DNA of 63,993 nucleotides, counting the filler, from Vannella sp. (Eukaryota), in NCBI GenBank assembly GCA_023345925.1. It is 7 parts of 7 records of this genome, joined end to end, with 100 filler letters (N's around TTAATTAATTAA, not from the genome) between each part and the next. Parts side by side here need not be neighbours in the genome. Positions count along the whole stretch, not along the records: positions 10,126 to 17,456 come from JAJQQN010000534.1; positions 17,557 to 31,849 come from JAJQQN010001374.1; 5 more parts are not named here. One strand, given 5' to 3'. The translations under genes and the position numbers were made by a program. Positions 10,154 through 23,500 of the stretch are shown here, piece after piece; the stretch's first letter is position 1, and the number at the start of each line of letters is the position of its first letter. The notes under the pieces are model-generated. The model was not told the DNA's origin and did no database searches. It saw only the letters and a program-made list of their open reading frames with translations.

Positions 10154-13100
10154 GCATTTACCAAATAACCGTTTGGAGGGCGCTATTCCAGAATCTATTT
10201 GCCGCCTTGTCAAGTTAGAAGAGCTGTACGTGTAACCACTTATGAGAAGAGAATCTCACTCTCCCTCAAGATATTTGGCTCATAATCGGCTTTCTGGATT
10301 CGCTCTCGACACTATTGGGGATCTCACAAGACTGGTTGAATTGTAAGCTGTTGTATCAGCTGTTTCGAATGGGTCTGACTTCCAGTAGGGATCTGTCGGA
10401 CAACCAATTGCAAGGGCGTTGCCCCGACTCTCTCAAGGATCTGAACCTGATTTACTTGTATGTAAATCTCACTGATCTGACCCATTAGCTCACCAAGTGA
10501 TAAGGAGCCTGAAGAACAATCAGTTTACCGAATTCGTCCCTGAGTAAGTCTGGCTTGGACTGTAATTGCTTTCACCCATTCACACTCTTGGCTCAGGATC
10601 ATCCCTGAAGAGCAGTTCATGCACAATGACGAGTTCCAAGAGGCTCGCGATTCCTTTTCGGAAATGGGCACTCGAATTTGCGGGAATGGCAAGTCTGACT
10701 CAGAAATAGGTCTCGAGCTGAGGCGATGCGGAGTTAAATTGAGGGAATTGGGACTCTTCAGCGATGCAAAAGATTACCTCCGCAACGCCTGTGCGCTACT
10801 CTCAGAAGTGGCACTCGAACTACAAGGAAAGTGGGAAAGAGCGGAAAAGCCTCATGTGGATGCTTGGAAGGACTACCAAATCGCCAATTTGCATCAAGTT
10901 GTTGCAAAAAGAGAAATGGCAATCGCAATGGTGAAGAGTGACGAGTTGAAGGAAGCAGAAACCCTTCTGAAAGAGTCTCTCAAGATTGTCACCAATTCAG
11001 AAGAAGAGGCAAGGCTTCACATGTACTTGGGCGTGGTCTACACCAAACTCGGAATTGTTCAAGATGCGCGAGATCAATTTGAAAAAGCACTGGAAGAAGC
11101 ATTGCTGCTGGCACCAACCCACACAGGTGCTGATGAGCCCCAGAATCAAATCTGTGGGGCAGTTTTGGACCACTACGGAGATTTCGACCGGCACATGGGA
11201 AATCACCAGGAGGCCTCCTCCAAATATGAAAAAGCCAAGAAACACTTCCACAAAGACAAGAAGCGCTACCAATTACTTCATGGAAAAGCTGCTTTTGAGT
11301 TGATTGATATTGGGAAGTATGGACTTGGGCGTGACCAATTGACTCTCTCGGTTGATCAAATCACCATTCCGTTCATCCTCCAAATGGGAAGCCGTTTTTT
11401 ACCTATCCTGCTACAAACCATAACTGGAGATCCTCAACAGAAACTCCTCAAAGAGCTCTCTAATGCTCTCACTCCCAAATCGGGGCTATCGCTTACTTTT
11501 GGATCCCTTCAAACCTATCTAATGGTTGTAGACCAACTTTTGTGTTTCCCAAAAGAGAATTTATTCATCACCGAGGCTTTCAAACAGGTCAGCAGCTTTT
11601 TCCTGCAACACGAGAACTGCCATTCTCTCTACCGCTTCTATAATCGCCAGTGGAAGAAACGGTACAATGAATCGCTTCCATCGGAGGATAATGGAGATAT
11701 GAGTGCATTTGATATCACTAAGCCTCTCATTACTGGAGATTGTAGCATTGACAGTTACGAGATAAGAAATTTTGGGATCAAGACATCTCTCGAGTTTGCC
11801 GTGAGGGAATGGGACCGCATCCAGAGACTTCTCCACCGGACTAACGGAACCACCAATCAAGTGGAACTACGGAACTTGGTGGCGGAGCTGATTGTTCTTT
11901 TGAGCTCCATCCTGGATCACAGTTTGAACAACCTTCTTTCGTCTCTGCCCGGTAAACTCCCCGATAAGGCAACGATTTACTTTCCAGTCACTAAGGAAGC
12001 CTTTGAAACCCATCTCACTTGGCTCAAGAAGAACAAAATCGACTTTGTTGATTGCAAAGATTCGTACAATCTTATGATGCTCTTGTTTAGGAAGCGTGAG
12101 TGCGGCTTGCTCGAGCAAGTGAGGCTTCTTGCAGACGATTGCAAACACATTCGGCTCGTCCCACACACCGTGACAAAGAAGTTGCACAGTCAATTTGGCC
12201 TTATTCCTGAACAAACAGTGGAGTTCACAATCGACTTCTATGACTCAAAGATGACTGTTTCGACCATCTACAAGGTCCTGGCATCCTCCCACTTGCAATC
12301 CATTGGTGAGACCAAACTGGAAGAGCTCTCTCGTCAAACAAGACTGTTCCTTCTTGGCCGCATTCAAGAGAGGTCAAATCAGATTATACCCAAATGGAAG
12401 GCTTACATGAAAAACCTCTCCAAGGACTGCATTGTGTCCCACAAGCTTCTGGAGGGCACTGTCTCTCGAGAAAAATTGATTATCCAGTTGCAGAAAGACA
12501 TTGAAAAGCATGACCAACAAGCAGAGACCTTGAGCGGCAACATACCAAGCCTTTTGGAAGGACTGGAGGCGAGAGGGATCGAAGAGGTTGCTGACTTCCT
12601 CATCAAAAGATCTAATCAGACCTCTTCAGTCAACCCAGACATCTCATTGAATCTTGCAGAGTTCATTCCCACAGCTCTGAAGGAAGTGAACCGCATTGCA
12701 AAAACGTTTGACCGTGATTCCAAAAAGATACGCAATCCTGATACCTCGCCCCAAATTCCAGGTGCTGCTCGATCCTCGGATTGTGTGAACACTCTTCGCA
12801 CTGCATTCAGAAAATCTGCGAAGGCTCTGTTGGACGGCAAGCCCTGTCAGTCCATCCAAGAATTGAAAGCTGACAACGAATCATTTAAGACTGGGGATGC
12901 TGAGGAAGACGACAGAATCACAATTTTGTTCTTGCAACATTCTCTCAAAGTGCTGCGTTTCGGCGATCGGGATTGCTTTAATCTCCGATGGGGAATCACC
13001 AAAAGTCTCTATGAGAAGTATGTGCTTCAGGGTTTCTACCTTCCTGCTGTGGACCTCTTACATGCGTGCCATTCCTTGCTTCCCAATCACATTATGGCGA

Positions 13101-13759
13101 AAAATTGGGACCGGAAATGGAGAGAATCAAGAGACGAACAACTTCAGAAGATGGATTCACGCAAGCTACATAAGGACATTTTGGAACAGTGGGTTCATGC
13201 ACGACTTCAAATCATTCGGATTCAGAGGATGGAACTGAAAGCTGCCACTGTTGCCGATTCTCGCGACATTCTTTATCGAGGTACAATTCTAGCCAATCAA
13301 GTTGCCATCAAACTTCGCCATTTGCTCGATCAAGCCATCTTTCGATTTGCTCGCGAGTGCATTAACCCTTCTTCTGAGCCCGTTAACTTCCCAAATTGCT
13401 GGGAAAAAAGTCTCAGTCTCAAAGCAAAAGCTCTCTACCCAGGGGCTGGCTTGAGTATCAAAGACTTCAAAATGGAGGGAATTCTCAATGACTTCTTAAA
13501 GAAATGCCCAGAGTGGTTCCAAAAGCTGAACCTCGTGACCAATGAGGCCAAGCATGTGCAAATTCCACTTCCTGATGCTTCAAAGATGATCTCTAAGACA
13601 TGGCCGAATCATTCCATTCTCCTGTTCCTTCACAAGAAGGGAGAGAAAAATCACGCCACTTGGGATCCGGCAGTGCCTTTCTTGCGAGAAGTTGCAGAGG
13701 AAGTTATGATTTTGCTCGAAGACTTCAGTAAAAAAGAACGGACAGACAGTTCTCCCTAA
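10154..13759 (+). CDS. 5'-truncated LRR + TPR + tandem HEPN-like protein; exons 10154-10225, 10271-10342, 10389-10457, 10505-10543, 10597-13759
   Basis: Splicing at GT-AG sites gives HLPNNRLEGAIPESICRLVKLEELYLAHNRLSGFALDTIGDLTRLVELDLSDNQLQGRCPDSLKDLNLIYLSLKNNQFTEFVPEIIPEEQF, in frame with M at 10619; TPRs (ARLHMYLGVVYTKLGIVQDARDQFEKAL); duplicated L..LD / FP / KH module. Confidence 0.8.
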
Positions 13760-13940
13760 TGAACCAGACAAGTGACTTTCTGATAAGAAGAACACAATAC
13801 AATGACTTTTCCTCTCACAATACTAATACAATCAAATGAGAGTCCGAACGGAGGAGGGCGCATACCCTGAATGTAACAGATTATGAAGAGTGTATTCTCT
13901 CCCATTCAACAACAAGAGCTCACTGGGACAGATAGAAAGG

Positions 13941-15107
13941 TCAGGAAGGTGCCAATTGGACGCCCATACGGGAGCTCCTCTTTTCCAGCTGGATACCTGA
14001 CTGAGAGAAGCCCTGACTGAACCTGGAGAAAGATGCAGAGTCATCTTCGTTGTCTGTGTCACTTTGGAAGGCTTCTGCTTCAGGAGTATTCGGCCATTGT
14101 CCTAGAGAATCGCCTCCCCGCTTCTCTAGGTTGATTTTGTAGTCGAGAGCATCCCCTGGTGCTCCTGGAAGCTCTCTGTCATATGCATAGGCTCCCATCC
14201 GAGCTGGATTGAACACGCTGCCCTCATACGAAGCCACAGACGCTCCAGTTGTTGCGAAGACTCGCTCGTGGTTCGTCAGAAGTCGGCTAAATAGAGAGTT
14301 ACAGACCACTTGCGCTTGGTAGTCTCCAGGTTCCGTCTCCCAGCTGTGGAAGAGGAGCCTACCGAACACTTTGCTCAACCTCTCGATGCTATTCGAGAGT
14401 GGCGCATTGCACACGCGCTGCTGTTCCTCGCAGTACGACGAAAGGAAGGTTATCAAGCGCTTGACTACTCTCAGGTTCACGTCAGGCAGTTGGAGCAGCT
14501 GATTGCGCATTGCCTCGATCCACTTCTCTACATTACCCTCCTGGTAGGTCTGGACGAAGTCCTCATAGAGCACGAATGTGCACAAAGGCTCTGGTAGATC
14601 ACTGATGTACTGAAGTAGCAGAAGAGCCACGTCTTGTGGGTCTTCCTTCTCGAGAGAAAATGGCTTCTTCTCAGAACCTGCTCCCGTCTCCGTCAGTAGC
14701 CCATCTAGGGCCTCCGAACATGAGATGTGCTTACATGTATCATACATTTGGGCCAGTTCCCCAGCGCGCAGCAAAGCACGAGACAAACAGAACAAGTTAT
14801 CCGCTTCCAGGCCTATCCCAAGCTATATTGAGGACGGAGCCAGACGTACGATCTCATTATACGCACCATTGTTCTCCAACCAAGTGATGCAGAGGTCAAA
14901 GATGAGAGGAAGCTCATTCTCGCTTAAAGAAGTGACATCTTCAAGATGCTCTCCAAACACGGTTTGCTCCTTTCCCTCGCGCTTCTTCCTCCTCTTGTTC
15001 TTCTTCTGTCTGCGTTTGTACGCATAGGCAGATGCTCCTGCCAATGCTGCAGCTCCTCCAGCGACCGCCAGCCCTCCGCCAACCAACAGGACGCCTCCGA
15101 GGATCAT
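13941..15107 (-). CDS. RhoGAP domain protein with an N-terminal hydrophobic anchor
   Basis: VFGEHLE, LPLIFDLCITWLENNG, DVALLLLQYISDLPEPLCTF, LPDVNLRVVKRLITFL; hydrophobic N-terminus followed by a basic cluster; short introns. Confidence 0.85.
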
Positions 15108-15154
15108 CGGAGGCCAATAAAATGGTTTCCGGCGAATGGGAATTTAATTGTGGC

Positions 15155-17380
15155 TTACAAAAGCTCGGTGGGATTTGTTGCCCAAATTTGAATTGAATTG
15201 GCGTCCACCGTGCACAGATAATCTGGGCCGCTTTGGGAGCTTCGCCTGCGCTTGCCAGTGAGCTGAAGAGAGTCACTTTGTATGAAAGACTTGATATCGA
15301 TGGTTTCTGCGTGTGGGATGCTTTGGACAGTGACGCCTCTCGAGATATCCCAGATTGTGGTCCTGCGACCCTCATTGGCAACGAGAAGAGACCAAGGCTG
15401 GGGTGATTGAGGAGTTAGAATATGAGAACGGGAGAGTAAAGCTTGATTGAAAGTGCTATAAATGCTCCGCACCGGCTCCGGGTGAGGAGTCAACGCATTC
15501 AATTCGAAAATCTGTGCGTCAAGTCAGTCACTGTTGCTCCTTCAATAAGCTTTGTTTGGTACACACCGCATGAGAACTGCGTGAATATTCGTTTGTGGAC
15601 CGATATGATGCCACGCACAAGGAAGACGTTGGATGAGCCTGAGAGGAAATACACTTTCCGCCCAACCCTCCCATCACTTCATTAAAGGAGTGCTCTGCGT
15701 TCCCTTCATGCATGACTCTGAGAACGCCAACCCTTTCCATACTCCCACTCAGTAAGATGTCTTTGGTCTCCTGCGGAGTCTCATTGGCAGACAGACAATG
15801 CAGGCTATGGCAGGGCTGGTGGCCACCTTTCAATAGAGTCTCTATCTCTTGCCCTGGCTGTCTGATATCAAAGACTTTCACTTCGCCCGTCTACCAGTAT
15901 GGGTTAGTAACTCTCTCTCTTCCACTGGATCTCAAAAGGACAAACTTACCCGCAAGCCCACATAACAATGACTGCTCTCTGCATTACTCCAGGAACAAGA
16001 CCAAGCGGCCACACCAGTTCGAAACGATACGACTTGCTGCATATTCTGTGCGTCAACAATGGAGAGTGTTTGATCAAATGAGGCGCAGAGAATCAGATTG
16101 TCTCGTTGTTTCACATCGCGAATAGAGTCGCTGTGGAACCATGCTTGCTCACAAATACTCGTGTCCAAGAGGGAGACCTTGCAAATGCCGCTTCGTTTAC
16201 TTAATCTCTCACTGCAACTTACCACCACAGCGTGAGATTGAGGGAGGAATTCAGAGACTCTGGCATTCTGGGGTTGTGTGAGCAGTATTTAGTGCTCCTT
16301 TGAGTCCTCTTACATGAACAGGAAGAGTTGTTTGGTGACGGAAAGTCAAGTAGCCTTTTGGAATCTCTATTTCCTCGTGTTTGTGGTCGATTTGGTTGTG
16401 TTTTGGAGACTGAATAGTCTCTTCACTTGTAATGGGAAGTGATGCGCCGAGATGCCCTGCTTGGTGAGCTGAAACTGCTCCCAGGGGTGACATTGGACCT
16501 TCCCGAGGGAAATTGCGGGGAATGGGAAGGCTGGGAGGATCTGGTCTGGTGTAACTTAGTGTTGCCAATCGCCTAAAATCAGTTAGATTGGTCCTCCTTC
16601 TCCCAGAAACCTACTTGAGCCGCTTTACTTCCTCCTCGAGCATGGCTACCTGCTTTTCTCGCTCTGATAGCTCCCTCCGCAGCTGAGAATTGAGTTTCCT
16701 TTGGTTCTTCAACGTTTGTATCAGTACCTATCGCCTAGCTGCCCTGTTGACCTACGTCGCGCTCGTACTGGGCGGTTTTCCATCGATCATTGATCAGATC
16801 GATCTCGGAGCTGTTCACAGCGTAGACGTCACCCACATACAAGTTGACAATGTCGTTCTTGTAGATGGACTGTTGGCACATGGGACAGGTGGGACGGGGG
16901 TTCTGCAAGCACCACTGGCGAATGCAAGAGAGGCCGAACAAATGTCCGCACCGCAACGTGCAGACGCGGTGTGACCCTGCTGCACTCCAGCGCTCGAAGC
17001 AAACAGGGCATTTGGCTTTCCTCTCTTCATCGTCTGGGATCGGTGGAAGCGTGGGGAGCTTGGGAGGAAGGCGGGGATGTTCTGGCTCTGCTCCAAGCAA
17101 AGAGATTGAGGTTCTTTGGAAGACCTTCGGGTTGAACATCTTCTCTTTGATAAGTATGGTACCTCATAGCGCCTCAGAAACCTACTCCAGCATTGGGAGG
17201 AGGAGAAACAAGACAAACCACTTCGTCTGCCTCTTCTCGTATCCTGCTCCCATCATTTGACAGTGAAGCGCTCCTCCGCTGGGTTCTATTAGGAGCAGAT
17301 CCCCTTTGAGGCGCCAATATCAACACATCTTCCCCCTCTTGAGAGCCACTCAACCCTCTACTTGAGCGCAACTCGCACAT
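15155..17380 (-). CDS. RFWD3: RING + coiled coil + WD40 E3 ubiquitin ligase RFWD3; multi-exon
   Basis: CPVCFERWSAAGSHRVCTLRCGHLFGLSCIRQW...CPMC; WD40 segments HSDSIRDV, AAWSCSW, VKVFDIR, LLSRSHI. Confidence 0.88.
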
Positions 17381-17556
17381 TTAATGATTGCACTTATCAT
17401 GGAACTCCAACAACTCTCGTCCTCCCCAAAAGCGATTTCCCTTCGTTCAGAATGGTNNNNNNNNNNNNNNNNNNNNNNNNNNNNNNNNNNNNNNNNNNNN
17501 TTAATTAATTAANNNNNNNNNNNNNNNNNNNNNNNNNNNNNNNNNNNNNNNNNNNN

Positions 17557-20500
17557 TCATTGTCTCTGATGGCTCAGTCATATTCAAAGAGAACTCTTCC
17601 TTGGTAACAGCCCGCGGAACCGCGCTTGACATTCGCGGTTTACTCCGATTGACTGACAGAGTGTGCTTTGGAGTAGATGGCGTTGCGTTCATCATCTCTG
17701 GGAGAGTTTTGCTCGATTCAGACAGTTGCTTTAGCTTGAAGAAGAGTACTCTAGATGTTTCCGGAGATTTAAAGACCTCCCAGAACCACAAATTGACAGT
17801 TATGGACTCGAACATCAAGATATCGCGAGGTTCCGTCCTCTTCTCTGGTACTTCCGCCAGTTCAACAACTCTCCTTCGAAGTAACTTGACTTTGGAGTCT
17901 GGAGGGACTTTCACTGTGGCCGAAAGGACGTCTTTTGCTATCTCTGCAGGGGCAGTCACTGTCAAGGCTGGCACTGCCGCCATCACCGGCAATGCAACTA
18001 CTTCTTGGAGCAGTGCAAAGTTACTGGTAAGCTCTGGATCGGTCTCATTCCAAGACAGCACGGAAACAACCCTCACTGAAAGCGAGATTTCTGTTTCCGG
18101 CGGAAGCTTCTTGATTGGACAGTCCGCTGCGTTGGCGGGTGCAAATACGCATGTCTCTGTCAATGGAGGAAAGGTGGCTTTGTCTGGTAACTGCGCTGTA
18201 AAACTTTACGCGGGATCCCTGTTAGAGGTGATCTCGGGCTCGATGTTGGCATCCCAGAGTGCTTCCTTGAATATGGCCGACTCCCCAATGAATGTGGCTG
18301 GCAACGTTCATTTCAGCGACTCTGCCAAACTCACTTTGTCGAACTTGCCAGCCTTGGTAACTGGCGATGTTCTGTTCTCAGGCTCTGCGGCTGTAAAGTT
18401 CAACTCCAAGGTTCTCCTGACCATCAATAATGGCAGCTTCCAGGTCAAAGGAGATGCTTCTTTCACCACCCAGTCTGCGGATACCATCTCAGTGAACAGA
18501 GGGGGCTTCATAGTGAGCGACCGAGCCGCCATCACTTGGAATGGCGCCAAAGTAAGTGTGATTGAAGGGAGCATGTTGCTGGACCAAGCGTCTGTTCTTC
18601 GTGTGGACCAATCTCAAGTGACTGTGACTGGAGGAGAATTTAGCCTGAAGAACGACGTTGTTCTGAAAGCCTCTAAGAGTGAGCTGTCTGTTCTTGGAGG
18701 CTCTTTCTTGGCGAGCGAGCGGGTTCAATTGGACTTGCTCGAGACCCCTTTCACTGTTGCTGGCAAAGTCATTCTTTCTGGCACTTCTGCTAGCAGTTAT
18801 CGCCTCAAGTCTTCCCCTTTGACCGTCCAGAGAGGCCAAAGTACTTCTGGATCAGTAGAAGCCAAGGAGTCAGCCTGTCTGATTCTGGAAGACTCTCCGC
18901 TTCTTCTCAGTAATGGGCAAATCACTTTCCAAAGTAACACTTGCTTGCAATCCACTAACTCTCCTATTCGCGTCCGTTCTGGTGGAGTCCGGTTCTCGAA
19001 CAATGCCACACTTTCCTTGAATGCTCCATCGCCTTCTTTAGAGATTCAAGGAGGCGATTTGGAACTACTTGACTCCGCAAAGATGCTGACTGTTCCAGGG
19101 ACATCTCTCAATGTCTCTGGTGGAGGAATGATTGTGAGTGACTCCGTCAAACTGAATTTGGACCGCGTCCGTCTCAGCGTTGGCGGATCCGTTGGATTTT
19201 CTAAAAACAGTGGCCTCTCAGCTGTTGCATGCGCAATTGACATCGATGGAGGATTATTCAGCATTAAGGATGATACGGTTGTCAGCGCCACCAACAGTTC
19301 TATCTCCTTGACCAAAGGAACATTCTCTTCGTCGGAGCGAGTCAAGTTCGACTTGGAATCAACGCCGTTTACCGTGGAAGGCGCAGTCATCTTTGCTGGC
19401 GAGGAGTCAAGCCATTACAGCTTGAGAAACTCTCCTCTGACTGTGCAAGGGACTTCAAATTCTGGATCCATCTTGGCAAAGGAATTTGCTTGCATTGTCC
19501 TTGAATCCTCCCCTCTGACACTTAAAAATGGTCTGATTGACTTCCATGATAACTCATGTCTCAAGGCTACGGATTCTTTGCTCGAAGTAGAGGCTGGAAG
19601 CGTCCATTTCTCCAACAACGCACTTCTCCAGTTGAACGCGCCCTCTCCGTCTCTCATCATTAACGGTGGAGACCTCCAGTTCGCTGATTCAGCGCGCTTT
19701 GTGACATCGATTGGAACTGCTATCGATGTATCTCAAGGCTCTCTTCTCGTGAAGGACAAAGTTCTTCTCCACTTTGACCAAGTCACGTTGAATGTGGGCG
19801 GAAATGTGAAGTTCTCTGAAACTTCGGGACTGGCGGCTGCTTCTAGTAACGTTACAATTGGAAGCGGAATGTTCAGTATCAAGGATGATGTGGTGATTCG
19901 AACTGTTGGAAGCAACTTCCATGTTGTTGGAGGATCCTTCACAGCGAAGGACCGAGTTACCTTTGACCTCCTTGACACTCCTTTAACGGTGGAGGGTGAA
20001 GTGCTGCTTTCAGGGGAAGCTTCATCAATCTATCACCTCAAACAATCCCCCTTGGTGGTTCAAGGATCCACCGCGTCTGCTCTTGTGGAGGCGCGCGAAA
20101 GCGCTTGCATCATTCTAGAGAGCTCTCCTTTGACAGTCAGGAGCGGCTCTGTCCGCTTGAACGATAACGCATGCATCCGAGCGTCAGATTCACCCATTCA
20201 AGTCTCACTGGGAAGTATTACTTTCTCTGATTCCAGCAGCTTTGCCTTACAAGACGCCAAATCCCCACTTACCGTTGATGGTGGAGATTTGATACTTTCA
20301 GACTCAGTCCAATTCACAACCGCACCTGGAACTGTAATCGACGTTTCTTCTGGTAACTTGGTCGTCAGTGATCTGGTGCAACTGAATGCGAATCAAATTA
20401 CTCTGACAGTTGGCGGGAGTGTGAGTTTCTCTGGTGCGAGTTCCTTGAGTGCTCTGAACTCGACCGTTATTCTTGAAGGTGGCAACTTCATCTCTGCCGG

Positions 20501-23500
20501 TGAATCTCGGCTCTCTTTCACAGAAAGTGTGGTTTCTGTGCGGGGCGGAGGACTTCTTTCCACCACTGATGAAGTGAGCCTTTCCATTGTTTCCAGCTCA
20601 ATTACAGTGGATGGAGACATTCTCTTGAATGGGCGGCCCGCTGGTCCTCACGTTATTCTCGACTCAAAGCTTTCCATTAATAACGGAGGAAACCTCCTTC
20701 TTGCTGGAGACGTTAACTTCCTGGTCAATCACACACAAACTACAATCTCTGATGGCTCCTTGCGCTTAGCAGAAGACAGTCAGATGACCATTGCGGACGG
20801 CTCTTCTACTCTCCTTGATGGAACAGGAACCATTGCAGCCGGAGGGAACGCCCATTTGCTGATTACAGGATCCTCTCACTTAAACGTGGAAACAGGAGGA
20901 GCAACCGTCAATTTTGGAGACCAGAGTTTGCTCGAGGTGGTGGACCAGTCCGGATTCCACGTGACCGGAGGGAGCGTTACCTTCCAAAGTTCTGCTGAAA
21001 TCAACCTCTGGGAGGGAACAAACTTCAACGTACTAGATGGCAATTTCGTTATGGCTGGTAACTCAAGGATGACAGCCTACCCCAACACGGAAGGCACAAT
21101 TATTGGTGGAGACTTCTTCATCCAAGACCAGGCGCTTGTTGTGTTCATCCAGTCCAACATCCGGATTGTAGGGAGCTTGAACAATAACTCGACATTCCCA
21201 GTACAGTTCCTCAGTGGTACGAACATCGCTATTGACGGCGCTCCCATCCGCATGTCCGGCTCGGGGACTTTCAACATTAACACGGGGACCGATTTGACTG
21301 TCAGTAACGGAAGTATTTCGTTGTATGATCGTTCCAGCATCCAGTCCTCAAACGGCACCGTCACTGTTGCGGGAGGAAGTATTTTAACTTATGAGGATTC
21401 CTTTTTAGTCGCTCGGGATCAAGCGAATGTCCGAGTGACTGCCGGAAACATCACTTTGCGTGAAGATTCCTCTTTTTCTGTCCTTTCCGGGGCCCAAGTC
21501 ACTGTTTCAGGATCAGGACAGAACTCTCAAGGTTCCCTTTTTGCTCAAGATTCTTCCTTGCTGACAGTCAGAGACTCTGGAAGAGTCGTAGTCTCCGGCG
21601 GGAACTTTGAGCTCTCTGAGCAGAGCAAATTGGAAGCCTCTGATAATGCTCTGATTCGTGTAGTTCGTGGAAACGTGGTCGTCACTGATAACGCCAATAT
21701 GAATGTCACCCGTCGCTCTCACGTCGAAGTGCTCGAAGGCGGCAACCTGATTCTTGTGCAAAACACCCAGCTATCTCTGGATAGATCTTCAGTGCTTGTT
21801 TCAGGCTCCGGAAATGTTCTTGCTTCTGGTGAAGCTTCTGTTCAGACGGCAAATGGAGGGAGTCTCCAAGTCACTAATGGTGGTTCCATCCGCTTCCAGA
21901 ATAGCACTTCCATGTTGACTACTTCCAACTCTTTGGTCCAAGTGAGTGGAGGAAGTATTGAGTTCTCAAGTGCAGCCACTTCCGTTCTCTCAAGATCATC
22001 GCAAATGGAAGTATCTGGCGGCAACATCCAATTCAGCGGCTCTTCCACCCTGACTTCAATGGAATCCAGTGTTGTAGTCTCAAGCGGAGACCTTCGATTC
22101 AGTGGTGCTGCTTCCCTCACTGCTCTTAACTCACAGGTAGAAGTGTCTGGAGGCAACATTCGAATCACTGAAGAAGTTATTGTTACCCTTCAAGCCAGCT
22201 CTGCCACTGTGAGTAGCGGCGACTTTGAGACAGGCCTCTCATCAATAATCCATCTCTTTGGAGAGTCCTCCTTCTCAGTGACAGGCGGCAATGTGATTGT
22301 TGGTGACATCTCTGTTGTTGACTTAACAGAAGGCTCCGCCTTCGCCGTTACCAGCGGCAGCCTGAACGTTGGAGACTCTTCAAGAGTTGATATCAGCCAA
22401 ACCTCGGTCTTTTCTGTAACTGGTGGCAACGTCAACGTCGATGGAGCCTCTACTATCGATCTAATTTCCGGCTCCTTGCTGAGTGTCGATGGCGGAAACG
22501 TGAATCTCAGTGGGACTTCGCTTTTGAGTCTCACAGAGGCATCCGCCTTTACTGTGACAGGAGGGAATGTTGCTTTGGGAGAGACTTCGAATCTTGACTT
22601 AAACCAAAACTCACTTTTGACTGTGGCTGGCGGTGACGTCGCTTTGTTTGGAGCCAGTGTATTGGCAGCAGCACAGTCTACTTTGACAGTTACTCAAGGA
22701 AACTTGCTCTTGAATAACACAGCTCGTGCCATTTTGGCAGATAGCCAGCTTTCCGTTTTTGGTGGAGATCTCCTTTTTGATGGAGAATCGACTTTGCTTG
22801 GGTCCTCTTCTCGCATCAATGTTACCTGTGGCCGTGTTATATACGATGGCCAATCTCTGTTTAGCGTTGAAGCGACTGATATTGTTGTGGACAGCTCGAA
22901 TTGCGTTGGCATTCGCCTTCCTTCTCCCATCTTCCAAGATGATTTGATTGTGGTCGGAGGAGAATCCTTCTTCTTGGCCAGTCAGAGCACTCACATTAAG
23001 GTCATTAGCGGGAACTTTGCTTTTGTTGAAGCCAGTCGCGGAGAAGTCAGAGATTCAGGAATCACAATAACTGGCGGTAATCTCAATTTGGGTGGAGCCA
23101 GTTCTCACCAATTCATCCAATCCACGGTTTCCCTTCTATCTGGGTCTCTCACTGTCAGTGACACCAGTAACGCTCTCTTCACTGAAAACGTTGCTATTGT
23201 AATTGATGGCGGGGATCTGATTCTTCGGGACGAGGCCACTCTCTCTGTTGAGGACTCGAGTGTTTCTATTGTTAGTGGAAGTGCTCGCTTCATTAATGGC
23301 GAGGCGAATTGGCTGCGTTCCTCCCTCACGATCGACAGTTTTGGCAACATTGAATTCAATGATCTCAACGCTGCACTCTTCAAGGACTCTAAAATTAGCC
23401 TTGCAGGATCTGGCCAAATCCAATTGAGTGGCTCAGCCATCGTGAACGTCCAAACCTCCATTATTTCTGTACTTGGAGGCACTTTCACGACTGAAGGTGA

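Noticed and set aside
10619..13759. Cas13 or other CRISPR effector (about 1,000 aa with two HEPN-like motifs)
   Set aside because: No CRISPR array or cas genes; the ORF is spliced to eukaryotic LRR exons, contains TPRs and lacks canonical R-x4-H motifs
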